A DNA stretch of 64,000 bases from Macrostomum lignano. Lineage: Eukaryota. Below the pieces are notes generated by a model. That model was given only the letters and a program-made list of their open reading frames with translations, searched no databases and was not told the origin of the DNA. The position numbers were made by a program, and so were the translations under genes. Location of the stretch: the NCBI GenBank assembly GCA_002269645.1, contig NIVC01000105.1, forward strand, positions 39,992 to 103,991, in the 5' to 3' direction. This document shows, one piece after another, positions 44,875-56,900 of the stretch. Position 1 is the first letter of the stretch, and the number at the start of each line of letters is the position of its first letter.

Positions 44875-46375
44875 CACTGTGTCTCAATGTTTGTCTCACT
44901 TGTGTGTCTCAATGTTTATCTCACTGTGTGTCTCAATGTTTATCTCACTGTGTGTCTCATTGTTTATCTCACTGTGTGTCTCAATGTTTATCTCACTGTG
45001 TGTCTCAATGTTTATCTCACTGTGTGTCTCAATGTTTATCTCACTGTGTGTCTCAATGTTTATCTCACTGGGTGTCTCAATGTTTGTCTCACTTGTTTGT
45101 CTCAATATTTATCTCACTGTGTGTCTCAATTTTTATCTCACTGTGTGTCTCAACGTTTATCTCACTGTGTGTCTCAGTGTTTATCCCACTGTGTGTCTCA
45201 ATGTTTATCTCACTGTGTGTCTCAATTTTTATCTCACTGTGTGTCTCAATGTTTATCCCACTGTGTGTCTCAATGTTTATCTCACTGTGTGTCTCAATGT
45301 TTATCTCACTGTGTGTCTCAATGTTTATCTCACTGTGTGTCTCAATTTTTATCTCACTGTGTGTCTCAATGTTTATCTCACTGTGTGTCTCAATGTTTAT
45401 CTCACTGTGTGTCTCAATGTTTATCTCACTGTGTGTCTCAATGTTTATCTCACTGGGTGTCTCAATGTTTGTCTCACTTGTTTGTCTCAATATTTATCTC
45501 ACTGTGTGTCTCAATTTTTATCTCACTGTGTGTCTCAACGTTTATCTCACTGTGTGTCTCAGTGTTTATCCCACTGTGTGTCTCAATGTTTATCTCACTG
45601 TGTGTCTCAATTTTTATCTCACTGTGTGTCTCAATGTTTATCTCACTGTGTGTCTCAACGTTTATCTCACTGTGTGTCTCAATGTTTATCTCACTGTGTG
45701 TCTCAATGTTTATCTCACTGGGTGTCTCAATGTTTATCTCACTGTGTGTCTCAATGTTTATCTCACTGGGTGTCTCAATGTTTGTCTCACTTGTTTGTCT
45801 CAATATTTATCTCACTGTGTGTCTCAATTTTTATCTCACTGTGTGTCTCAATGTTTATCCCACTGTGTGTCTCAATGTTTATCTCACTGTGTGTCTCAAT
45901 GTTTATCTCACTGTGTGTCTCAATGTTTATCTCACTGGGTGTCTCAATGTTTATCTCACTGTGTGTCTCAATGTTTATCTCACTGTGTGTCTCAATGTTT
46001 ATCTCACTGTGTGTCTCAATGTTTATCCCACTGTGTGTCTCAATGTTTATCTCACTGTGTGTCTCAATTTTTATCTCACTGTGTGTCTCAATGTTTATCT
46101 CACTGTGTGTCTCAACGTTTATCTCACTGTGTGTCTCAATGTTTATCTCACTGTGTGTCTCAATGTTTATCTCACTGGGTGTCTCAATGTTTATCTCACT
46201 GTGTGTCTCAATGTTTATCTCACTGGGTGTCTCAATGTTTGTCTCACTTGTTTGTCTCAATATTTATCTCACTGTGTGTCTCAATTTTTATCTCACTGTG
46301 TGTCTCAACGTTTATCTCACTGTGTATCTCAATGTTTATCTCACTGTGTGTCTCAGTGTTTATCTCACTGTGTTC
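44875..46375 (+). repeat. 24-bp minisatellite TGTGTCTCAATGTTTATCTCACTG with higher-order blocks, in WD40 intron 3
   Basis: Tandem units. The variant ...GGGTGTCTCAATGTTTGTCTCACTTGTTTG... recurs at ~45070, 45455, 45768 and 46225. Confidence 0.95.
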
Positions 46376-46946
46376 CTCGGCTTATCTCGTCTTAAAATTT
46401 AATAATTTTTGACATTTGCGTCCAAACTCTAGCAAGCTGTCTCTGAAATGTAATTTCTCACGGAGTTTTTCTTGTCTAATTTTGACACAACAATAAACCA
46501 TATCGTGGGTGCTGTCTTGTGTGGCAACAAACCGCGTATTGCCTCAACTGAGTCTAATATTCTCAAGCATGAAAATTCTCGGGTTTCACAAATACGTGCC
46601 TTCGCATTATGCAAAGAGCCTGAGCTTTCTTAGAAATAAATCTACATCTGATGTGAAATTTCATTTCTCTCCAGTTTCATCTTATAGAGTTGAGCCAAAA
46701 TGCTTTTTGAGTTTGGAATTGTCTAATTTATTGAAAACTGCTAACTAAAAACTTAGGGTCAGAATTTGCATAGTAATATGAGCTAAAACAGGGTGAATAC
46801 TTTTACAGCCTTTTTCAATTGACAGAGTTTCATTTCTGAGACCGCTGCAGTAGTTTTGCTTTGTTGCTTTAATTAGAAAAAGTTTGAAAATACCGCTTCA
46901 TACAGTCAGCTAAGAAAGAGACTGGGCCTTCTATCACCTTCTCATC

Positions 46947-48695
46947 ACACTATCCCCTGTCTAACAGGTGTGACACTATCCCCTGTCTAACAGGTGTGAC
47001 ACTATCCCCTGTCTAACAGGTGTGACACTATCCCCTGTCTAACAGGTGTGACACTATCCCCTGTCTAACAGGTGTGACTCTATCCCCTGTCTAACAGGTG
47101 TGACACTATCCCCTGTCTAACAGGTGTGACACTATCCCCTGTCTAACAGGTGTGACACTATCCCCTGTCTAACAGGTGTGACACTATCCCCTGTCTAACA
47201 GGTGTGACACTATCCCCTGTCTAACAGGTGTGACACTATCCCCTGTCTAACAGGTGTGACACTATCCCCTGTCTAACAGGTGGCACTATCCCCTGTCTAA
47301 CAGGTGGCACTATCGATCCTGTCTAACAGGTGTGACTCTATCCCCTGTTTAACAGGTGTGACACTATCCCCTGTCTAACAGGTGTGACACTATCCCCTGT
47401 CTAACAGGTGTGACACTATCCCCTGTCTAACAGGTGTGACACTATCCCCTGTCTAACAGGTGTGACACTATCCCCTGTCTAACAGGTGTGACTCTATCCC
47501 CTGTCTAACAGGTGTGACACTATCCCCTGTCTAACAGGCGTGACACTATCCCCTGTCTAACAGGTGTGACACTATCCCCTGTCTAACAGGTGTGACTCTA
47601 TCCCCTGTCTAACAGGTGTGACACTATCCCCTGTCTAACAGGTGTGACACTATCCCCTGTCTAACAGGTGTGACTCTATCCCCTGTCTAACAGGCGTGAC
47701 ACTATCCCTTGTCTAACAGGTGTGACACTATCCCTTGTCTAACATGTGTGACACTATCCCCTGTCTAACAGGTGTGACACTATCCCCTGTCTAACAGGTG
47801 TGACTCTATCCCCTGTCTAACATGTGTGACACTATCCCCTGTCTAACAGGTGTGACACTATCCCCTGTCTAACAGGTGTGACACTATCCCCTGTCTAACA
47901 GGTGTGACTCTATCCCCTGTCTAACAGGCGTGACACTATCCCTTGTCTAACAGGTGTGACACTATCCCTTGTCTAACAGGTGTGACACTATCCCCTGTCT
48001 AACAGGTGTGACACTATCCCCTGTCTAACAGGTGTGACTCTATCCCCTGTCTAACATGTGTGACACTATCCCCTGTCTAACAGGTGTGACACTATCCCCT
48101 GTCTAACAGGTGTGACACTATCCCCTGTCTAACAGGTGTGACACTATCCCCTGTCTAACAGGTGTGACACTATCCCCTGTCTAACAGGTGTGACACTATC
48201 CCCTGTCTAACAGGTGTGACACTATCCCCTGTCTAACAGGTGGCACTATCCCCTGTCTAACAGGTGGCACTATCGATCCTGTCTAACAGGTGTGACTCTA
48301 TCCCCTGTCTAACAGGTGTGACACTATCCCCTGTCTAACAGGTGTGACACTATCCCCTGTCTAACAGGTGTGACACTATCCCCTGTCTAACAGGTGGCAC
48401 TATCGATCCTGTCTAACAGGTGTGACACTATCCCCTGTCTAACAGGTGAGACACTATCCCCTGTCTAACAGGTGACTGTATTCCCTGTCTAACAGGTAGC
48501 ACTCTGCCCTGTTTAACAGGTGGAACTCTTCCCTGTCTAACAGGTGTGGCACTACCCCCTGTCTAACAGCTGTGGCTCTTCCCTGTCTAACAGCTGTGGC
48601 ACTACCCCCTGTCTAACAGCTGTGGCTCTTCCCTGTCTAACAGCTGTGGCACTACCCCCTGTCTAACAGCTGTGGCTCTTCCCTGTCTAACAGGT
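46947..48695 (+). repeat. 26-bp minisatellite ACACTATCCCCTGTCTAACAGGTGTG, about 65 units, in WD40 intron 3
   Basis: Tandem units that degenerate toward the right end. Confidence 0.95.
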
Positions 48696-48833
48696 GATAC
48701 TCTGTCCCTGCATGTTCAGGTTAACATATAATCTAAAGTCTGAATTTGTTTCTAAAATACATATGAAAATCACGTTACATTTCAAACTCAGAAAAAATAT
48801 ATTTGTTAAAATGAAACAACCGAACCTCAACAG

Positions 48834-48977
48834 ATGGTTGCCAGTGTCTCCGACCTGCCCAAGGGTGTGTACTCGGTCGCTCCTCTGCTCCCAGACAGCT
48901 CCGACTCACGCAAGCCAGCCAAGCTGTCAGTGTGCTCAGGTAACCGGCTCTATACTTTCCGGTTTGAACGGAAATAA
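48834..48977 (+). CDS. WD40-repeat protein, exon 4 (terminal; spliced protein about 436 aa)
   Basis: Acceptor CTCAACAG|ATG. Encodes MVASVSDLPKGVYSVA...LSVCSGNRLYTFRFERK-stop, in frame with exon 3. The pyrimidine tract is weak. Confidence 0.7.
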   Translation: MVASVSDLPKGVYSVAPLLPDSSDSRKPAKLSVCSGNRLYTFRFERK

Positions 48978-50238
48978 AGATCTCGAAACTCTTTAACGAA
49001 ACAAAAGTTACGTACATTTTTTGCTTAGAATTTGACACTTCCGGATATTTAGTGAAACTGTCGTGATAAATTAAATGTATTTCAAACGCATGTCAGCAAA
49101 TTATTAATTCGTCCTCTTACTTTCGTTTCACAACTTTCCTGATTTTTTCAGTTTTTTTGTCGAATAATGTGAACTTTGTTTAAATTTGTTTTTGTTTGAT
49201 TTTTTTTTAATTAAATCGCTGTTGTATTATTGTTTAATTTTTTTCGGTGTAAAATATGTTCCATTTGATTTAAAGTGATTTTTTAACGTTTTGTTTCGTG
49301 TTCAGCCTTGACAAGATAATATTATAAATTGTCACACAAACTTGTCCACAAACTTGTTTTAATTTGGGGGCCAGATGTCATATTACGAGCTACTGGAAAG
49401 TTTTAATTACGAGCAATGTATTTTGTTGAAACTATATTAAATTTCTCATTATCTGTAATCGTTTTTATCTACCATAATTCACACCTGTATTCGTTTGCAG
49501 CTAATAAATATGTATAATCTAAAATCATTTTTCCTTGTCACTACTTTCCACGACTTTACTTACAGTATAGTAGCACCCACGTGTGCCTTTGATTTCTCTG
49601 CTGAGCCAATATAAATTTTATCATAAAGCTCCTATTCATTTTCTTAATTTTAATTTCTGTAAAAATATAAACTTTTAAACAAATAAATCGTTTTGTTTAT
49701 GTGCAAAGTTTTTGTTATATCATGTGTCTACTTTTTAATATTAATAAAAAATATTGTTCAAATTCTACAAAAACTACTACAGAATGTATAGAAAAGTAGC
49801 AAGTTGAATTTTTTTCCTAGACATTTTTTCGTAGGTTTGACGTAGGTTTCAGCGTAGCTAAAAGCGTAAAAGGTATAAAAATGTCAAAACACAAAAATTT
49901 CCTGCACTTTTAAACGATCGCTATAAAGTTCGTGGAATGCGACGCTACAATAAAGTTTTGGTCCAAGTATTAATCGTTGTAGCGAAATGGCTATCAGGTG
50001 GCCATAAAAGTATTTGTTCGACTACTTAACCTATCTATAAATAGCTTATTATGATGCTTGCATGTATTTTGCCATTTTAGAAAATTGTTTCGTCTGTCTA
50101 ATAAAACCTTGCGAGCGCAGCCATCCGTTCCACAATAATTGCTCTGGAATTTATCCCTTTAGCTGTGCGATTTGCATAAAATGGGACATTGCCATGGTAG
50201 GGAAACCGTTTTCTTGCGCCAGGGTGGCCCGTTTGACT

Positions 50239-50411
50239 CCCCTTGGTGCTTGGCGCCCCTTGGTGCTTGGCGCCCCTTGGTGCTTGGCGCCCCTTGGTGC
50301 TTGGCGCCCCTTGGTGCTTGGCGCCCCTTGGTGCTTGGCGCCCCTTGGTGCTTGGCGCCCCTTGGTGCTTGGTGCCCCTTGGTGCTTGGCGCACCTGGGC
50401 GCCCCTTGGTG
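50239..50411 (-). repeat. Short array of the same 17-bp AAGCACCAAGGGGCGCC minisatellite in reverse orientation
   Basis: CCCCTTGGTGCTTGGCG tandem units, the reverse complement of the 20.1-22.2 kb unit. Confidence 0.95.
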
Positions 50412-50939
50412 TTTTGGTAAATTTTGAATTTTCTATTCCAACTGCAGAAATTAAACAAGAAAGAAGCGATGGAAAAAATTATAAGCTGTCAAGTGACTGG
50501 AGTCAGTTTTACTGAATTATTTGACAGTTTGAGGAAGTTGGAAAAGCTTATATATATAATTGTCAACCAAGAGCGTACTTTAAACGCATTCATGTTACGC
50601 TCGGTAAAAAATGTCGAGTCTCAAGTGTATCCGATTGGTATAACAACCTTGACTCTCTGGCGGCACAACACTTCAAAAAATTGTATCAAAATAACCCAAA
50701 ACTAAAACCGGTACTACAGAATTGAATTTTTGTTTAACTAAATTAAATTGTATCAAAAGATTGGCACACGTTTTTGCATCTAAAATTGGAAACTTTCTGT
50801 TAAAGTCACAGCTGTATAGTTTCGTGACAGTGAATTGCATTATGGTAATGAATTGGTTTGGCTTTTTAGAGGATTTTTTCGTTAAAACAATTTTTTAATT
50901 GAATTAAAAATTTGTAGGTTTAGATGCTAGAAAAATCTT

Positions 50940-53900
50940 TTCTGTGAGATGCTGACAATATTCAGTGTCAGAGAGATGCTGACAGTATTCTGTGTCAGAG
51001 AGATGCTGACAGTATTCAGTGTCAGAGAGATGCTGACAGTATTCTGTGTCAGAGAGATGCTGACAGTATTCTGTGTCAGAGAGATGCTGACAATATTCAG
51101 TGTCAGAGAGATGCTGACAGTATTCTGTGTCAGGGAGATGCTGACAATATTCAGTGTCAGAGAGATGCTGACAGTATTCTGTGTCAGAGAGATGCTGACA
51201 ATATTCAGTGTCAGAGAGATGCTGACAATATTCTGTGTCAGAGAGATGCTGACAGTATTCTGTGTCAGCGATTTCTGACGATCTTCTGTGTCAGAGAGAT
51301 GCTGACAATATTCAGTGTCAGAGAGATGCTGACAATATTCTGTGTCAGAGAGATGCTGACAGTATTCTGTGTCAGAGAGATGCTGACAATATTCTGTGTC
51401 AGAGATTCTGACAGTATTCAGTGTCAGAGAGATGCTGACAATATTCTGTGTCAGAGAGATGCTGACAATATTCAGTGTCAGAGAGATGCTGACAATATTC
51501 AGTGTCAGAGAGATGCTGACAGTATTCTGTGTCAGAGAGATGCTGACAATATTCTGTGTCAGATATGCTGACAGTATTCAGTGTCAGAGAGATGCTGACA
51601 ATATTCTGTGTCAGAGAGATGCTGACAATATTCAGTGTCAGATATGCTGAAAATCTTCTGTCAGAGATGCTGACAATATTCTGTGTCAGATTTGCTGACA
51701 ATATTCTGTCAGAGATGCCGAAAATATTCTGTGTCAGAGAGATGCTGACAATATTCTGTGTCAGAGAGATGCTGACAATATTCTGTCAGAGAGATGCTGA
51801 CAATATTCAGTGTCAGAGAGATGCTGACAATATTCTGTGTCAGAGAGATGCTGACAATATTCTGTGTCACAGAGAGATGCTGACAATATTCAGTGTCAGA
51901 GATTCTGACAGTATTCTGTGTCACAGAGAGATGCTGACAGTATTCTGTGTCAGAGAGATGCTGACAGTATTCTGTCAGAGAGATGCTGACAGTATTCTGT
52001 GTCAGATTTGCTGACAATATTCTGTGTCAGAGAGATGCTGACAATATTCTGTGTCAGAGAGATGCTGACAATATTCTGTGTCAGATATGCTGACAGTATT
52101 CAGTGTCAGAGAGATGCTGACAATATTCTGTGTCAGAGAGATGCTGACAATATTCAGTGTCAGAGAGATGCTGACAGTATTCAGTGTCAGAGAGATGCTG
52201 ACAGTATTCTGTGTCAGAGAGATGCTGACAATATTCTGTGTCAGATATGCTGACAGTATTCAGTGTCAGAGATGCCGAAAATATTCTGTGTCAGATTTGC
52301 TGACAATATTCTGTCAGAGTTGCCGACAATATTCTGTGTCAGAGAGATGCTGACAATATTCTGTGTCAGAGATTCTGACAGTATTCAGTGTCAGAGAGAT
52401 GCTGACAATATTCTGTGTCAGAGAGATGCTGACAATATTCAGTGTCAAAGAGATGCTGACAATATTCTGTGTCACAGAGAGATGCTGACAATATTCAGTG
52501 TCAGAGAGATGCTGACAATATTCAGTGTCAGAGAGATGCTGACAGTATTCTGTGTCAGAGAGATGCTGACAATATTCTGTGTCAGAGAGATGCTGACAAT
52601 ATTCAGTGTCAGAGAGATGCTGACAATATTCAGTGTCAGAGAGATGCTGACAATATTCAGTGTCAGAGAGATGCTGACAGTATTCTGTGTCAGAGAGATG
52701 CTGACAATATTCTGTGTCAGAGAGATGCTGACAATATTCTGTGTCAGAGAGATGCTGACAATATTCTGTGTCAGAGAGATGCTGACAGTATTCAGTGTCA
52801 GAGAGATGCTGACAGTATTCTGTGTCAGAGAGATGCTGACAATATTCTGTGTCAGATATGCTGACAGTATTCAGTGTCAGAGATGCCGAAAATATTCTGT
52901 GTCAGATTTGCTGACAATATTCTGTCAGAGTTGCCGACAATATTCTGTGTCAGAGAGATGCTGACAATATTCTGTGTCAGAGATTCTGACAGTATTCAGT
53001 GTCAGAGAGATGCTGACAATATTCAGTGTCAGAGAGATGCTGACAATATTCAGTGTCAAAGAGATGCTGACAATATTCAGTGTCAGAGAGATGCTGACAA
53101 TATTCAGTGTCAGAGAGATGCTGACAATATTCAGTGTCAGAGAGATGCTGACAGTATTCTGTGTCAGAGAGATGCTGACAGTATTCTGTGTCAGAGAGAT
53201 GCTGACAATATTCTGTGTCAGAGAGATGCTGACAATATTCTAGTGTCAGAGAGATGCTGACAGTATTCAGTGTCAGAGAGATGCTGACAGTATTCTGTGT
53301 CAGAGAGATGCTGACAATATTCTGTGTCAGAGAGATGCTGTGTCAGAGAGATGCTGACAATATTCAGTGTCAGAGAGATGCTGACAGTATTCTGTGTCAG
53401 AGAGATGCTGACAATATTCTGTGTCAGAGAGATGCTGACATATTCTGTGTCAGAGAGATGCTGACAATATTCTGTGTCAGAGAGATGCTGACAATATTCT
53501 GTGTCAGAGAGATGCTGACAATATTCAGTGTCAGAGAGATGCTGACAGTATTCTGTGTCAGAGAGATGCTGACAGTATTCTGTGTCAGAGAGATGCTGAC
53601 AATATTCAGTGTCAGAGAGATGCTGACAGTATTCTGTGTCAGAGAGATGCTGACAGTATTCTGTGTCAGAGAGATGCTGACAATATTCAGTGTCAGAGAG
53701 ATGCTGACAATATTCTGTGTCAGAGAGATGCTGACATATTCTGTGTCAGAGAGATGCTGACAATATTCTGTGTCAGAGAGATGCTGACAATATTCTGTGT
53801 CAGAGAGATGCTGACAGTATTCAGTGTCAGAGAGATGCTGACAATATTCTGTGTCAGAGAGATGCTGACAATATTCTGTGTCAGAGAGATGCTGACAGTA

Positions 53901-56900
53901 TTCTGTGTCAGAGAGATGCTGACAATATTCTGTGTCAGATGCTGACAATATTCAGTGTCAGAGATGCCGACAATATTCTGTGTCAGAGAGATGCTGACAA
54001 TATTCTGTGTCAGAGATTGCTGACAATATTCAGTGTCAGAGAGATGCTGACAATATTCTGTGTCAGAGAGATGCTGACAATATTCAGTGTCAGAGAGATG
54101 CTGACAATATTCTGTGTCAGAGAGATGCTGACAATATTCAGTGTCAGAGAGATGCTGACAATATTCAGTGTCAGAGAGATGCTGACAATATTCTGTGTCA
54201 GAGAGATGCTGACAATATTCAGTGTCAGAGAGATGCTGACAATATTCAGTGTCAGAGAGATGCTGACAATATTCAGTGTCAGAGAGATGCTGACAATATT
54301 CAGTGTCAGAGAGATGCTGACAATATTCTGTGTCAGAGAGATGCTGACAATATTCTGTGTCAGAGAGATGCTGACAATATTCTGTGTCAGAGAGATGCTG
54401 ACAATATTCTGTGTCAGAGAGATGCTGACAGTATTCAGTGTCAGAGAGATGCTGACATATTCTGTGTCAGAGAGATGCTGACAATATTCAGTGTCAGAGA
54501 GATGCTGACAGTATTCTGTGTCAGAGAGATGCTGACAGTATTCTGTGTCAGAGAGATGCTGACAATATTCAGTGTCAGAGAGATGCTGACAATATTCTGT
54601 GTCAGAGAGATGCTGACAGTATTCTGTGTCAGAGAGATGCTGACAATATTCTGTGTCAGAGAGATGCTGACAATATTCTGTGTCAGAGAGATGCTGACAG
54701 TATTCAGTGTCAGAGAGATGCTGACAATATTCTGTGTCAGAGAGATGCTGACAATATTCTGTGTCAGAGAGATGCTGACAGTATTCAGTGTCAGAGAGAT
54801 GCTGACAATATTCTGTGTCAGAGAGATGCTGACAATATTCTGTGTCAGAGAGATGCTGACAGTATTCAGTGTCAGAGAGATGCTGACAATATTCTGTGTC
54901 AGATGCTGACAATATTCTGTCAGAGATGCCGACAATATTCTGTGTCAGAGAGATGCTGACAATATTCTGTGTCAGAGATTCTGACAGTATTCAGTGTCAG
55001 AGAGATGCTGACAATATTCTGTGTCAGAGAGATGCTGACAATATTCAGTGTCAAAGAGATGCTGACAATATTCTGTGTCACAGAGAGATGCTGACAATAT
55101 TCAGTGTCAGAGAGATGCTGACAATATTCAGTGTCAGAGAGATGCTGACAGTATTCTGTGTCAGAGAGATGCTGACAATATTCAGTGTCAGAGAGATGCT
55201 GACAATATTCAGTGTCAGAGAGATGCTGACAATATTCAGTGTCAGAGAGATGCTGACAATATTCAGTGTCAGAGAGATGCTGACAGTATTCTGTGTCAGA
55301 GAGATGCTGACAATATTCTGTGTCAGAGAGATGCTGACAATATTCTGTGTCAGAGAGATGCTGACAATATTCTGTGTCAGAGAGATGCTGACATATTCAG
55401 TGTCAGAGAGATGCTGACAGTATTCTGTGTCAGAGAGATGCTGACAATATTCTGTGTCAGAGATGCTGACAGTATTCAGTGTCAGAGAGATGCTGAAATA
55501 TTCTGTGTCAGATGCTGACAATATTCTGTCAGAGTTGCGACAATATTCTGTGTCAGAGAGATGCTGACAATATTCTGTGTCAGAGATTGCTGACAGTATT
55601 CAGTGTCAGAGAGATGCTGACAATATTCTGTGTCAGAGAGATGCTGACAATATTCAGTGTCAAAGAGATGCTGACAATATTCAGTGTCAGAGAGATGCTG
55701 ACAATATTCAGTGTCAGAGAGATGCTGACAATATTCAGTGTCAGAGAGATGCTGACAGTATTCTGTGTCAGAGAGATGCTGACAATATTCTGTGTCAGAG
55801 AGATGCTGACAATATTCAGTGTCAGAGAGATGCTGACAATATTCAGTGTCAGAGAGATGCTGACAGTATTCTGTGTCAGAGAGATGCTGACAATATTCTG
55901 TGTCAGAGAGATGCTGACAATATTCAGTGTCAGAGATTCTGACAGTATTCTGTGTCACAGAGAGATGCTGACAGTATTCTGTGTCAGAGAGATGCTGACA
56001 GTATTCTGTCAGAGAGATGCTGACAGTATTCTGTGTCAGATTTGCTGACAATATTCTGTGTCAGAGAGATGCTGACAATATTCTGTGTCAGAGAGATGCT
56101 GACAATATTCTGTGTCAGAGATGCTGACAGTATTCAGTGTCAGAGAGATGCTGACAATATTCTGTGTCAGAGAGATGCTGACAATATTCAGTGTCAGAGA
56201 GATGCTGACAGTATTCAGTGTCAGAGAGATGCTGACAGTATTCTGTGTCAGAGAGATGCTGACAATATTCTGTGTCAGATATGCTGACAGTATTCAGTGT
56301 CAGAGATGCCGAAAATATTCTGTGTCAGATTTGCTGACAATATTCTGTCAGAGTTGCCGACAATATTCTGTGTCAGAGAGATGCTGACAATATTCTGTGT
56401 CAGAGATTCTGACAGTATTCAGTGTCAGAGAGATGCTGACAATATTCTGTGTCAGAGAGATGCTGACAATATTCAGTGTCAAAGAGATGCTGACAATATT
56501 CTGTGTCACAGAGAGATGCTGACAATATTCAGTGTCAGAGAGATGCTGACAATATTCAGTGTCAGAGAGATGCTGACAGTATTCTGTGTCAGAGAGATGC
56601 TGACAATATTCTGTGTCAGAGAGATGCTGACAATATTCAGTGTCAGAGAGATGCTGACAATATTCAGTGTCAGAGAGATGCTGACAATATTCAGTGTCAG
56701 AGAGATGCTGACAGTATTCTGTGTCAGAGAGATGCTGACAATATTCTGTGTCAGAGAGATGCTGACAATATTCTGTGTCAGAGAGATGCTGACAATATTC
56801 TGTGTCAGAGAGATGCTGACAGTATTCAGTGTCAGAGAGATGCTGACAGTATTCTGTGTCAGAGAGATGCTGACAATATTCTGTGTCAGATATGCTGACA

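Noticed and set aside
44677-46412. 572-aa ORF starting MLKGRPLGEL
   Set aside because: Only 44608-44829 is exonic (WD40 exon 3). The remainder is read-through into a 24-bp intronic minisatellite.
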